A stretch of 63,528 bases of DNA, filler included, from Choristocarpus tenellus KU-1152 (GCA_964200185.2; 8 parts of 8 records of this genome joined end to end with filler, not necessarily neighbours in it), one strand, 5' to 3'; counted from the first letter of the whole stretch, positions 32,938-45,971 are shown. Notes: generated from the sequence alone by a model not told the origin. Numbers and translations: made by a program.

Positions 32938-35900
32938 ATGTCCTCTCGAAAGATGTCCTCTGGGAAGGATAAGGGAAAAGCTAGTGCCAGAGAGGGCTCG
33001 GATCGGAAAGGCTTGCGTCAGGAAGCTGATGGGATTGTTAATGAGGGTGTTGCAATTCAGGTTGGGAGGAGACAATCTGTTGGTGTTGAGTGAACGAAGT
33101 TCCGCTGTGGCATTCTCCGAATGATGAAGCCCTTACAGCAATTATTCCATTATTTTTTCAAGCTAGTGTGATACTGTTACATCAATGTGGGCCAACGAGC
33201 GTAATTGATGCAGGCGTCACACCCAGCCGATATCTCACCTCTCTCTCACTTCAACCATAACTCATCACACGACAGGACTCCGCTTCTTCCCTAGACCGTG
33301 GTGCAATGGAATCGAGCCTCCAGGTGGCAGCTTCTAAGTACAGGGATGCATTGGAACTGGTACCAGGACATGCAGAGGCGTCCTACAACCTAGCCACATG
33401 CTTATCTGAACAGGCAGACTTGCTGGAGTTGGAGGGGGATATCCCTGGGAGGCAGGTATGGGTATGATCCACAGGTTCCATTACACCACTGCCCATAGCG
33501 TTTCGAAGGAGATATTTTTGGTGGATGCTGAAACCGTGGATCCTGAGTAAAGTTTTCTTGAATGCGAGAACACGCTACAGAAAACGTGTTGTGATATCGA
33601 CCCTTCTGAGAACGAAGAGATTCCTACAACATTCCCTAATTCAACAATTCCTCCACCATCAGTACTACAACCAATTTGCTGTCGGCATTTTTTCCCTGAT
33701 GTACTGTCTGTTCGGCGCACCAGATTCAGATCGCACTCATGACAGAGGCGCGGACATTGCTGGCGGAAGTAATCGCACGGGACACTAGTAGGAGAGGGGA
33801 AACCACCGCTCTTGCCCACCACGCCACTGGCAAGCTTCTCTTTGTACCCCCATTTAACTTCACCTAGAATGTTCTTTTGCCCTGAAATCATATCGGAATA
33901 GTTTTTGCATTGATAGATTCCTGAACTCATGTTAAACATGAATAGTCCACCATTGCACACAAGGCGTCACGAAGAGCACCAGTTCCTAGAGCCACCACAT
34001 TTGGCATCTCTACCCAATCCGTACCATATGCTTGCGTCAGCAGGACCCTTACCTGGCATCTGGTTATCCCCAAAACCCCACCCATTGATGTGGAATATCA
34101 ATCGACCTGGTTCTCCTGGAAAGCCCATATAGACACTCCTCAGAGCTTAATGTTGGGCAAGATCCACATTTGTAACTGTGGAGTGATGCGGGTATCCCTC
34201 CCGCCTTCTCACACCTGTTGTTCTAAAATAACCATGCTGTGTGCAATGTTGAAACCCTTCAATTAGGCACTCCCCAAACAACTGCAGTGACCATCACCAG
34301 TGACAGATAAGGTTGCTCATCCTGTTCAACTCACCAATGTGCAGGAAACTTACTACGGTCGTTTGCTGAGTTCTATCGACGCCACTGCCCGGACACTGCC
34401 TGCCCCGTGGGGTGTCCCAGCCTTCAGGACATATTGGAGGGACTGCGGCAAGCTTGCCAGTGCGTCAGTAGTCTTAGATGCAATAAGGTCGTTGTTTCTG
34501 TTCCTCAAGAAGAGAGTCAGCAGACACAGTTGTGGTGCAATTAGAAGGGTTTGGGGGGTGGGTGGGTGAGCAACTAATGGCACCACCATTACCTTGGACT
34601 TTGCGTACTCCTTGGTGTTAATCCCTGTTGTGTGAAAGGACTTTGAATACGAAATTTGTCAACACCACTCACATTTATGTACACCAACTGTGCTTAACCA
34701 CCCCCTGTGTATATCATCATGGAGTCCAATGTCCGCTGTTATGGTTTGATGCATTGTGGTAACAATTGCCCCCATTTCTGAGACTGTCAAGTCATTTTCC
34801 GGAATGTTGAAGAATCAATCTGGTGTACAGAGAACTATCTTGGTGAGATTTTGAGGCCCCTTTGTTTTTCGTTGCTGTTTGGCACACACAATTTTCTTTT
34901 TTTGTGCTAGTGAGTCATGCCAGCACCATTCAGTGGCGACTGCAGGCAAGACAGACAGTCAAGGCAGTACAGATGTAGGAGGAAATACTTGCTTTTGGGG
35001 TGGTCGGCATTTAGGAAGGCGTGTCCTACTTCTTCTTTTTTACCTCATCAGCGATGATCTATCCCTAACCCTATGTTCCTCCTCGCCACCTCTTGCATGC
35101 CGATTGGGCCCAATACTTCTTCATAAGGACACTCTAACATCGTGGCTGAATATCCCAGTGTCTGTTTGTTGGCGCTACCCTCGTTCTCAATGACGAGGAA
35201 GACATTTTGAGGCAGCAGTCTTCATCCAGCAGCACTTGGGTGCCTCCATTGCTAACACTGGGGAGGTGCTGACACACTGGGGTGATGCAGAGGCCAGGTA
35301 AGGCTTCCTTTTGATAATGCAAGCACATTTGACAGTGCAAGCGTGTCTGCGTGCATGTGAGTGGGTTTCGTTGTATCTATTTTCGGAGTTTAGAACGGCT
35401 GTTGAAACGGAGCACTGGCTAATTCACAAGCACTGCCTTTTGCTGTTGAGGTGCACAAGGAGAACCACCCCGGTCTTGGGAGAACCACCTTTGTAAAAAA
35501 AAAAAACACTTCTTCGAACAAGGGTTAGGGTTATTTTCACGTACACGGTTGTCAAGGTTTAGAATTTCAGGAATGTTGTGTGAAAAAGAGAAGAAGAGGT
35601 GGAATCCTTGAGGTGTGGTGGTTCCGTAAGTGGTGCCCGCTGTGTACGACCTCTTCTGGATGCTTTCCTAGGCTGGTTAGGGTTAGGGGTTGGGATTGGG
35701 GTTGGGGTTAGGGTTACGCTTTTGAAAATTTGCACAAAAAAGGAAAAAAAAAACAGTGATGGTTCCCAAAGACAGGGGGTTCCCCTGCACACTGCATCGC
35801 ACCGAATCTTTTTTGTTGTTGTTACACACCCCCTCATGAGCAAGTAATTTGTGTGTGTGTGTGAGTGTGAGTGTGAGTGCTATTGTGTGTGTGTGTGTGT

Positions 35901-36223
35901 GTGTGTGTGTGAGTGTGAGTGTGAGTGCTATTGTGTGTGTGTGTGTGTGTGTGTATACTTGGGCAAACACGATGGAGCTTGAGTTCTAACAGTGATGGGA
36001 ATGTTACACTGCCTATTCCTAGTCTATTCCTTTGCTTAGATTAATTGCATGTGTAACTGTAGTGCCAAAATAGCTGGTGTTGTTAAGTCCGTCACAACGA
36101 GTGCGCTGTGGATACCAGGGAAGAAAATTCCCGCCCAAATTGCAGTCCAAAATCGGGGTCCCTCCAAACTTGAGGACAAATCAGATATTCCCACCAACCA
36201 GATATGGGAGGATCGACAGATCG
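32938..36223 (+). CDS. 5' part of a TPR-like repeat protein gene (3' end beyond the contig)
   Basis: Phase-consistent exons 32938-33060 (ATG), 33276-33455, 33724-33829 (GC donor), 34345-34459, 35202-35297, 36063-36223. TPR-like helices AASKYRDALELVPGHAEASYNLATCLSEQA, AHHATGNLLRSFAE, EVLTHWGDA. Confidence 0.75.
35848..35953. repeat. Compound (GT)n/(GAGTGT)n microsatellite, block-duplicated
   Basis: (GT)n(GAGTGT)nGAGTGCTATT unit occurs twice, followed by (GT)n. Confidence 0.9.
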
Positions 36224-36551
36224 GTATGATGCTACAAGTTATACTACCAATTTATGTATGTATCAATGACGGTATGTATTCAATACCTTGTACCGTTATT
36301 GGTTTCTTTCAAGGTCATACCATTCTGCCAACTCCAATTCCTTACTTACTTGCACAGTGGATGCAAGTCTCAAGATACCCGCCTCCCTCCTCTTCTTTCT
36401 TCCCCTCTCTCCCTCCAAGCAGCAGCAACGTACCCCCCCCCCCTCCTGCCCNNNNNNNNNNNNNNNNNNNNNNNNNNNNNNNNNNNNNNNNNNNNTTAAT
36501 TAATTAANNNNNNNNNNNNNNNNNNNNNNNNNNNNNNNNNNNNNNNNNNNN

Positions 36552-36607
36552 ATGAAAAAATTGACCCCAAATGGACAGCCGCTACCCCCTCCCAGATACT
36601 TTGACCC
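36552..36607. mobile_element. MITE A terminus at contig start
   Basis: CCCCAAATGGAC...CAGATACTTTGACCC. Confidence 0.85.
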
Positions 36608-37102
36608 AAACATTCTTTAAAATCAAACAATGACAGAAAAATGGCCACCGTATCACAGTGAACCGATAGGGTTGATTTACCCTGTAACCTTTTTCGCAGC
36701 CCTAGTCTTACACCACCACTATCTATACAATTATTCCTACTAACACTGGGCGACAACGGCAATCCTAACCCCACCCTGTGCCTCCCACTAGCAACTCTCA
36801 ATCGCACCCTTCTTCACAAGAGTTTTAGACACACCTGGGAAAGGTGTGACTAAGTATGCTTACTGTTGCAGACACCCTTGCCAAATCACTAATAATTACA
36901 TCACTGGTCAGGGAAACTTCGAGTTTCTCGTTTGCAAATACAATCGCAACCTCAGTCTGAGCTTTCTTTCCATCCAACTAGTGTGTACTCTATGGTGCGA
37001 GTAGTTTCAATTCATTGTGGAATGATACAAAATAGAACACTGTTGTTGGTACTGGACAACGATTCACATTTTCTTTATATCGTCCCTCCATTCAAGCACA
37101 GA

Positions 37103-37360
37103 ATTCCAAAGTATCTTTGAATGTAGAGCCGCGTCCAATTGGGGGCCAAAATCCACTGTTGCGATTTTCATGTACGTTTGGCTATCGTGTTTGTTAGGAA
37201 GTTGCAATATCCTTGTTCTTGATACACCTTTCATGCCGTACACAATTTTCCTACTCCGAATTATTACGGAGTAGGAAAATGTCATAAAAGAATCCGAGGG
37301 AAGTCAAGACCCCAGTGGAAAAACAGGGCAAAACTTGTACCCTCTAAGATACTTTCACTC
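37103..37360. mobile_element. MITE subfamily B
   Basis: ATTCCAAAGTATCT...AGATACTTTCACTC. Flanks AGA/GGA. Confidence 0.9.
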
Positions 37361-38606
37361 GGAAATAGATGGAATAGCAAACCTGGCGAGAAATAACACT
37401 GAAATCACTATATATGGTAGTACTTGGGAGTGGAAAATACTGTTGTGCTAGAACATAGTGGAGTCAGAGAACCTGTACCATATCATCTGTATATGCTCAT
37501 CAGTAATGCAGTATTTTTGCCCGGTCATGTGTTGGTGTAGGTTCTGTTCAATAAAAACAACGAAAAGATGTAAAAGCCCATTGAATTGCCCGACAAGTCC
37601 TCTGGTGCAAAGCCTCTGATTTTTCCCTTGTCCCAAGTCTCAAAACTCAAATCAGCAAGGAGTTAGATAAGGTGCGAGGAAACAGTAATCTTTCCTTGTT
37701 TGTTACTAAATTTGAAGCAAGTGAACTAAGCAGAAAGGATGAAGATGGTACAGACTTGAGCCAGATAGGAAGTTGATTTGTATTGATCGGATTACCATTG
37801 CAATGCCATCCGACACCATTGACTGTATCAATATTATGCTGCACTCTGAGTGGGTCTTGAAGTACACTCCTTTCCTACACGTATCTACTTGTACCCAAAA
37901 AACAAGAAAAAAAATAAATGTGGTGAGTTGTTTCACTCATGCTTGTGGAGGACAGGAGAACGACAACAGCACTTAATCTCCACTTCTCTCTTCAAAGAAC
38001 AAAAAGGAAAAGGTCATTTGGTGTACACGCACACAAAACGCAACATTTTTGTACATACATGGAACTGGCACTGATGGGCGGCAGCACTCCATTCAGGCCA
38101 TGTCACAGGCAGACAAACCAATCAAAGTTTTCACTGTAATTCAACTACTCTGAGTATGTGGTTAGGGCTTGCGAACTTTCATGGTCATCATGCAGGCTGT
38201 ACAACTCAAGCTTCCATTTAGGTATACCTACATACTGGATCCAAACTGCTCTGCAGCGAGATCTCTGAGGCATCCACTGAGTTGAAAAATGAAAATTTGA
38301 ATCATGCTTACATATGTCATGCTTTGAAGCACTATATGCAACCTTCAATCTTACCGCAACTCTAGACAACAGGGGTGGTGGTGGTAAGCAATGAACGCTA
38401 CTGCTTACTTGGGTGGTATATCAAGGAGAAGGAGATGTAAGAACTTTTAGCCATAATTCAAAAAATATTCTTCAACAAGAAATTTACAAAAACATCTAGG
38501 TACACATGCAGTGTGAAAGGTAACCCTCCCCACCTCCCCTTCCTTGAAACTAATGCATGACTGACTCTGCTCTATCTCGTTCCCTCCATGCCTACTAATA
38601 TCATGC

Positions 38607-40286
38607 TTACTCATATATTACACCGTCAAAGATGACATTTTGACAGTCAGGAAACAAGGAGTCTACGACCTCAATAAAGCCCTCCCGTTCCTTCTCCTTC
38701 ACACGAACACAATACTTCCTTTCCATGCCTGTCTTGGGGGTGTCGCTCTCAACACAAACCTTCCGTTTATCAGCTGCTCGGATCCTCAAGACGTCGAGTA
38801 TCGTAGCAAAAGCGCTGGGACTGTAGTCCATGAAGTGGAACCCATTCTCTCCGTTGTAGTCAGCAAGGACAGAATTCTTGCATAGCACCAGCGTGGACCT
38901 CATTGTGGACATCGTGTGTCCACGCACATTGAGATGCACAATCTCATCATTCTCCATCGTCTCCGCCACTGCTAGGGTTTTCTCTCCATTCTCCATAGGC
39001 ACAAATGTGGTTTGGGTAAGGCCAAAAATATTGGCAAGGGAGTCTTCCCCGAAGCGTAGAGCTTCATTCGCTCTCATCAGTTCCAGCTTGGCGTTAGCCA
39101 AGGCAACCTTCTCTTGCTGGAAGATGTTCTCGATGGCAGGACTCATAATCAAACTTTCGCAGTTAAAAGGTAGATCCAGTAAGTTTCTGCTGCTGGGTGG
39201 ATCCATATGTGGGGTATGTTTGGACTCAACCTCAAAAACCTCCAAATCAGTGAAGGCCTGGTCAATCATTTTTTCGATGATATTCTCCACAATCTCATCA
39301 CCTCTGTAGCGATCTTTGTCTTTTCCGCCTTTCACCACATTGCCTTCGTGAAAGTAAGTGCCTAGAAAAGGTCCACAGAAATCTGGCCCTAATTTTGGAT
39401 CACAGTAGGTAGAACAGTGGGTACCATTCCCCCCCTCCACTATCCTCCTTCCAGGATTGAAGTTGCCCTCGTAGTCCAGCAGAGAAAAGACGAACGCCTT
39501 TTTGGACTGCTTACCGCCCTTTCCACTCCAGGACTGATCTGTATAGCCACCCACCACACCCTCCCCACATCGCACAAGTACCACCGTACACTCGACATCA
39601 TCACATCGCTCATGGAAAGAACATGCATTGAACCCATCTCGGGAGGCCCTATATAGCAGCTTTAATCTTCCAGTTGTTGAAGATGGAAGATGTTCTCGCA
39701 GCCAAGATCGGATGCTGCCATCACACTCCCGTTGTTTCCCAAGGACAGAGCTTCCACCAATGAAATCAACAACGCTCGCGAGAAGTATCTTCTCGAGCCC
39801 CAAGGAGTGGACGAGGTGTTCAAACACACCGTCAGACCGCTTCGACCGATCTTCCTTATCGGTGTTCCAGGAATACGCTCTTTCACCCTCCAGGAGACGA
39901 ACGACACCCTTAAAGGTCGAGGGGGACACGTCCAGGAAGATGGAGTTGTCCGAGTCTCGACGGAGACGCGCATCCCATCGTCCCCCGAAAATCTCCTGCA
40001 GAATGGAGCCCTCCACAGAGGAAAGGATCGACCGCCGCAAGTTGAAGATGCTTCCCCCCACATTGAGGATCATCATCTCATACTTGGCGGTACACTCGAT
40101 ATGTAGGACCATGGCATTATCCTTTCGAGACTGCAGATCTTGCAAGTCTTCTTTATAGCTTGCCCACTTTTGGTCCAGTATATGTTTGACCCTAACTACT
40201 TCCTTTTGCTGTCTTGTAGCAGCCTTGGAGATGGCGTCTCGGTACGATCTTTGGACATCACCTGGTTGTGCTTTTTCCGAAACCAT
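38607..40286 (-). CDS. Intronless 559-aa coiled-coil / KCTD-type BTB / TLDc / coiled-coil / BTB protein
   Basis: BTB1 ILNVGGSIFNLRRSIL..GSIL..F.GRWD...RDSDNSIFLDVSP..F. TLDc LKLLYRASRDGF..SFHERCD..TVVLV..VVGGYT..W..AFVFSL..GPDF..DLEVFEV. BTB2 VHLNVRGHTMSTMRSTL...FMDYSPSAFATILDVLR. Confidence 0.9.
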   Translation of the reverse strand: MVSEKAQPGDVQRSYRDAISKAATRQQKEVVRVKHILDQKWASYKEDLQDLQSRKDNAMVLHIECTAKYEMMILNVGGSIFNLRRSILSSVEGSILQEIFGGRWDARLRRDSDNSIFLDVSPSTFKGVVRLLEGERAYSWNTDKEDRSKRSDGVFEHLVHSLGLEKILLASVVDFIGGSSVLGKQRECDGSIRSWLREHLPSSTTGRLKLLYRASRDGFNACSFHERCDDVECTVVLVRCGEGVVGGYTDQSWSGKGGKQSKKAFVFSLLDYEGNFNPGRRIVEGGNGTHCSTYCDPKLGPDFCGPFLGTYFHEGNVVKGGKDKDRYRGDEIVENIIEKMIDQAFTDLEVFEVESKHTPHMDPPSSRNLLDLPFNCESLIMSPAIENIFQQEKVALANAKLELMRANEALRFGEDSLANIFGLTQTTFVPMENGEKTLAVAETMENDEIVHLNVRGHTMSTMRSTLVLCKNSVLADYNGENGFHFMDYSPSAFATILDVLRIRAADKRKVCVESDTPKTGMERKYCVRVKEKEREGFIEVVDSLFPDCQNVIFDGVIYE

Positions 40287-40620
40287 TTCAAGGTGTGGGT
40301 GAAAAGGGTCAGAGGGTTTATGCTAATCTGCAATATGAATAGCGATTGGAGGGGATACAAAACAAATGATGCCATTCTTGACCAGACCATATTTGTTTGA
40401 GGTATCAAATAAACCGGAATTTTGGAACATTCCTGACTAGCCGGATGGGAGATGGTAAATGTCCAACCCATCCATGATGGACTCTTTTTAAACACTTACT
40501 TGGGGAAGTTGTTTGACGTCTGGTTGATGTTGGTTTGAGGTTTGAGGTACCTCACATCATTGTTAAGGAAGTTGGGATGGAGTTTATATCATGATTGGAG
40601 AAACGGTTGATGATGCAGAG

Positions 40621-40775
40621 GTAGATTAGTGGTTTTCACACTTACTTGCAGTGAGTGTTTTCACATTCATGATATTTTTATTACTTGGGGGTTCTACTGA
40701 CGTGTATTGTTTTCATTTGTTTTCCCTCTGACACATATATCTGCAAAATGTCAGGGGGTATATTAATAAAATATT
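40621..40775 (+). mobile_element. Short 3' fragment of the CRE-like element
   Basis: GTAGATTAGTGGTTTTCACAC...TCTGCAAAATGTCAGGGGGTATATTAATAAAATA is similar to the other copies. Confidence 0.75.
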
Positions 40776-43700
40776 TATCATATCATGAAGATGGTTGAAG
40801 TTTGCATTTTAGTGTACTGTTGTTATCAACACATTGTTGTGTGGTGGATTCCATGCACATGAACGAAAAAGTAGTTGAAAGGAGGTAATGTACATTAGGT
40901 TAGTCATGTTAGTTGTAGGAGTAGTAATACTTGTGGTGGTGGGGGTATAGTAATTGTTTATTACTATTGAGTGGGGGAAATGAGGATCACAAAAGAAAAA
41001 AGTAGTGAAAAAATAAGGGAGAAAAGAAAGGTAAAGAAATGAGAAGGTATTGAATGGTTTTCTTACAGATTTAAGAGTTAATGTGGAAAGCATGTTTGTC
41101 TGTTATTATACCGTATTGCCGTATGTCGTATACCGTTATACCGTGGTACCNNNNNNNNNNNNNNNNNNNNNNNNNNNNNNNNNNNNNNNNNNNNTTAATT
41201 AATTAANNNNNNNNNNNNNNNNNNNNNNNNNNNNNNNNNNNNNNNNNNNNCATGTAGGGCATGTAAAATTTATCCCTGCACTTCTGTTGGGGCTACTAAC
41301 TGATCTCGAAATTCTCCTTTTTTTCGAAGGTGACCAGGTTGATACGACCGGTAGAGTAAAAGTCTATTTTCTCGTTCTTGAGTGAAACAATATGACATGG
41401 TGTAGACCGTTTCCTTACTGGATAATGCTGTATTGGTGGGGTCTGCCAGGTATTGAAAATAAGCTTCATACTGCTCATGTTGGGCCTTGGCTAGAACTTC
41501 CGTATCAATTACAGGGAACTCATTGATGGAGCTTGCAAAGAGCTCAGAGTCATTTTCCACTTTAGTGATTTCACCTAGTCGATCCACAGACAATTCATAG
41601 TCAGGGTATACCTCACTTGCTTGAGAATTTGCATCAGTGGTTTTTGTACCCACATTTCGACATATAGGGCTTAGGGGTGCGGGTTCAGATTCATGTTTAC
41701 AAAATTCTTCCAGTTGAGGACGTGACAACATATCTGGGATGTAATGTAATCCGCCAGTCTAATGAAGGACGGTAAAATCAAACGTTTTCAAAGCTAAGGC
41801 CCATCGAGTACAGATTGGACGTATCTTGCATCGTATGCAGCCACCGTAAGGCTGAATGATCAGTGATTACTGTGAAATGTTTACCCCAAATATATGGTCT
41901 CCAATGTTGTATTGCCGGAATAACTGCAAGGCACTCTTTTTGTGTGGCAGAATATTCACGTTGGGAGGGGGAAAGTAAGGCACTATGGTATGCAATTATA
42001 TCAAATGGTCTTCTTCATTTTTATGTCCTAAAAACGCCCCTATTCCCACGTTACTGGCATCTACATCAATAAAAAAATGCCTTAGAAAAATCAGGAAAGT
42101 GTAGCACTGGGGCCGTTGATAACAGTCGTTTGCATTCGTCAAAAGCAGTCCGTTGTGGTCGATTCCATCTAGATGAGATATCCTTGTGGTCTTTCTTTGC
42201 TCGTTTTACTGAAGTGGACTCTTTGTGTGACTTGTTGTGTATGGCGAATCAATTCAACCAACGGTTCTGTTGCTGTTGCTAGGTGGGGAATGTACTTCCT
42301 AACAAAGTTCATTGAACCTAAAACGATTGCAAGCCTTTCACAATTTGAGGAGGGTGCATCTCTAAAATAGCTTCAATATGAGCTTGGGATACAGCAATTC
42401 CTTGTTGGCTAACATCATGTCCCAATTAATGGATTTTTTTTTTGAGCCAAATTGAGCCTTGGACGGCTTTAACGTAACCCCTACATCTTGTAACAGAGAC
42501 AAGACTGTAGTGATCAACTGTTTATGGTGTGTCCATGATGGAGAGGCTAAAACAATATCGTCTAAATATATCAACAACCCTGAGCTAGGACCGATACTGG
42601 AAAATTTTTCAAATAAAGCGTTGGAAGATCCACAGTGCATTTTGTACTCCACATGGTAACCTCTGAAACTCATATTTCCCATCCGGCGTGATGAAGGCAG
42701 TTTTTTGTCGGTTGCATTCATCAGTGATCGGTAGTGGCCAGTAGGCTGATTAAATATCTAAACAAGATACATATTTTGAACCCCCCAACGTGGATAAGCA
42801 CTCATCCATGGATGGCAACGGCCATGAATTACGTATCAGATGTTTATTTATGGTTCCTCTAATATCCACACAGAATCGAGGTGATCCATCTGGTTTGGCA
42901 ACTGGTAACAGGGGATGCCCATGGGCTAGATGAGAGTCTTATTATGCCCTGATTCTCCATATCAGTTACGCATTGTCGAATAGTGTCGCGTATTTTTGGT
43001 GCCGCGCGATACGGCGGTCTACTAACTAGTTTAGTGCCTGGTTGTAGTGGAATTTTGACTGAAGTAGTGGTACAGCAACCTAATTCTTTTTCGGACAATG
43101 AAAAGACTGGTCGGAATTTAGCCACTATATCTAGTAATTCTTCTTGTTCAGGCAGTGTCAGTTGAGTATTTGCAAAAAACCTTCTTAGAAAAAACCAACT
43201 TCAATTCTTCCCTAGCCTGTTTCAGTTCTTCAGGGGTAGATGGTGTGGCTACAACTGCACTTACTGTGGTGTCTGACAAGGTATATGTTTTTGATACAGG
43301 GGAAACATGACCAACTACAAACTCAGCTGGTAACTTGATCTCTTTTTGTGACAAACTGGCAATTTGGACTAGACATCCTCCATCCTCTTCCCAAACAGTG
43401 AGGGTACGACTGACCATTATGTGTTGCCAGTGGGGATGTATGTCGTCCTCATGCTGAAGGTCTGTGCCAGTGTAAATGATAGGTTCCACTACTGCATCGG
43501 TAGCTGTTCCTATTAGTGCCTGAGAACAAACTGGAACACGCGTTTCCGTGCCAGGGGGAAGAAATATCTTCTTTACTGTGTGCACTGGTGTATCAAATTC
43601 AGATGTGATTACTGAAATTGAAACATGAGATACATTTTCTGTCTGGCAACAATCTTTTGGGGGGGAACAGATGGGAAGGAGTACGATTTTTTTTTTTGCT

Positions 43701-44248
43701 GGAATGCATTGATCACTGTCTTTAAACGACATCTCCTCTCTATCCCAAACTAACACTGCCCCGAATGCCGACATAATGCTGTTATCCAACAAAATTTTAT
43801 CTACTCCCAGATTAGGTATGACTACTGCTTGGATAGGCATTGATATGTCACCAAATTGTCGTGCAAATTGAATGAAACCAGTTACAGAGAGAGGTCTACC
43901 ACCTGCCCCTTTTAAACTCAGAGCGCCTGCTCGAATCTCCCGAATGGGTGCCTTGCAAAGTGTTGGGTGGGCTTCAATGTATCTGAGAGATATTACTGGA
44001 ATGTCAGTAGCAGTATCAATGGTAATGCTCACTAAAGGTTCATTTTCAACATACCCAGGAATTCTTACGCGGCGAGATGACACATTGTGCACGCGAGGGG
44101 AGTTAGAATAGTGTTGGATTGCTGATGTGCGCCAACAGTATGAAAAAGTGGAACAACACATTTGAGGTGTAAAAGACATGTCACTCAAGTCCAAAATTGG
44201 TTGTGGGGAAAAAGAAAGAGCAGATGCAACAGTTGTTACATGTCCTGC

Positions 44249-44374
44249 TTGTGGTAACGTTTGGTGTGCCGACCTTAAGTGTTTACAGTGTTGTAGCAAC
44301 GTTTGGTGTGCTGACCTTGAGTATTTACAGTGTTGTGGCAACATTTGGTGTGCTGACCTTGAGCATTTACAGTG
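44249..44374. repeat. 42-bp tandem repeat x3 inside the Gypsy element, upstream of the protease
   Basis: TTGTRGYAACRTTTGGTGTGCYGACCTTRAGYRTTTACAGTG x3. In frame with pol as 14-aa repeats (QHCKxSRSAHQTLx). Confidence 0.92.
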
Positions 44375-44582
44375 CTGGATCTTATTTGCTCTCTCCCACA
44401 TCTGAGTCTGCCCAAAACACTAAGTCACTCGTTTTCTTTGACTTCCTAACCTTATAGATTCCAAGGAAACAGAATCAGTAGGACATCTCTATATTCTTTC
44501 ATTTCTCACTCTCTCCTCCTGTGGTTCTATGTTACCCTGCAGGGGTTTATTGGAGGAATAATAGAGATTTCTGACAGGCAGT

Positions 44583-44761
44583 GGGTCAAAGTATCTTGGG
44601 GGGGAGGGTAGTTTGTGAGGGGTCGTCCATTTCGTTCAAACTTTTTTTTTTCTTGATGACATTTCAATAACGACACGTGCGACAAAATCACACCAAAAAA
44701 GTGAAAATCGAAAAAAGGGCGAAAAACGGACGCCTGCACCCCCCCCCAGATACTTTGACCC
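44583..44761. mobile_element. MITE subfamily C inserted in the Gypsy element
   Basis: Perfect 14-bp TIR GGGTCAAAGTATCT/AGATACTTTGACCC with AGT TSD. Internal sequence differs from A and B. Confidence 0.93.
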
Positions 44762-45928
44762 AGTGCCCGTTTTGATCACCAATAAAAGTGACAAATTGAA
44801 CGCTTTTTGTGGTTGTTTTAACTATACAAGAGGGAAATGTCTAACCCATTCTTGAAATTTGGCAATAGGGAAATAGGACAGAGCCTGTGTTCCAGAACTC
44901 ATGGGGTAAGTCTTTGTGAGAAGATATGTCATGATCAAGGATCAAGTACTTAGCCCCAGTGAATATGGTCGAGGTAGGGTGGGACAACATACTCATCTTC
45001 ATATTTAAAGTTTGCATTGCCGCTGCCACCAAGTCTTGGTCGTGTGGAGTCTCTTCCATAGCTTCATCGACGATTTTCTTGGCGAAGACCAGCTGGCGAT
45101 TTAGGTTATGCGTGGATATCGAACGTCACCTCCGCATTGTCTTCAATTTGTTCTTCATGGTCGTCGCCCAGCACGCTGAACCGGCTGAGGCCCGAATTAC
45201 GAGCAGGGCCCTCCCTCAGCCTCTGCGTGACCATCCCGTCCTACTCTACCGAGCCACCAGGGATGCCTCTGTCTACCGCAATTGACGCGGGAGTCGGTGG
45301 AGGTTGGGCGTTTACACTACCCCCCTCATTACCTCCTTCAGTTGGCGTAGTATAGGTTGTCTTCTTCTTCCCCTTGCGAGTCGCAGACTTCTCTTTTGCA
45401 TTGCTGTTAGTTAGTGGCGTTGCAGTAGGTGTGGGGGTAGTAGTGTCCGACATAACGTGGCGTGAGTTGGCTCCCCTTGAACACTAGGCGTGAGTAACAC
45501 TGTGAAAGTGTCAAAGGTGCCAAGTTCTTTTTTGCTCTAGGGGGCAATCACAATCACCGGACTAAGACTCTTTCACCTCAGAGGGTGAGACCGAGTTTCA
45601 AGGTCTTGGCTCTAATCTCATAATACATCAGTAAATCCAGTACAGTACACCTTTTTCAGACATGACGTATGTTTCCCGAATGACTGAGCAATGTCATAGC
45701 AAAGAAATGGATTTGTCAGAATCGGAATGGTTCTTCGTTCTGAGGATCCATTTTGGCTGTTTGGACAAATCTGGATCTCATGGAAAGGCCTGTTACTTGG
45801 ACTAGTCGGTATGGATGAGCTCAAATGANNNNNNNNNNNNNNNNNNNNNNNNNNNNNNNNNNNNNNNNNNNNTTAATTAATTAANNNNNNNNNNNNNNNN
45901 NNNNNNNNNNNNNNNNNNNNNNNNNNNN

Positions 45929-45971
45929 CCCCCAAATGGACGCGGCTGTACCCTCCAAGATACTTTGGCTC
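45929..45971. mobile_element. MITE B terminus at contig start
   Basis: CCCCAAATGGACGCGGCT...AGATACTTTGGCTC. Confidence 0.85.

Larger units (their letters stand above)
41251..45453 (-). mobile_element. Decayed Ty3/Gypsy LTR retrotransposon (ORF1-PR-RT-RH, truncated at contig end before the integrase core)
   Basis: Protease ITIDTATDIPVIS...ILLDN. RT start PYRAAP...GIIRLSSSPWASPV, YLDDIVL, GVTLKPSK. RNase H DASNVGIG, EYSATQKECLAV, WRPYIWGKHFTVITDHSAL. Many frameshifts. Confidence 0.92.

Noticed and set aside
39628-40158. Antisense and alternate-frame ORFs over the BTB-TLDc gene
   Set aside because: Shadow ORFs of a real coding sequence with no motifs.
44249-44374. CRISPR-like array
   Set aside because: Head-to-tail repeats with no unique spacers, inside a retrotransposon in a eukaryote. 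The same applies to 9191-9249.
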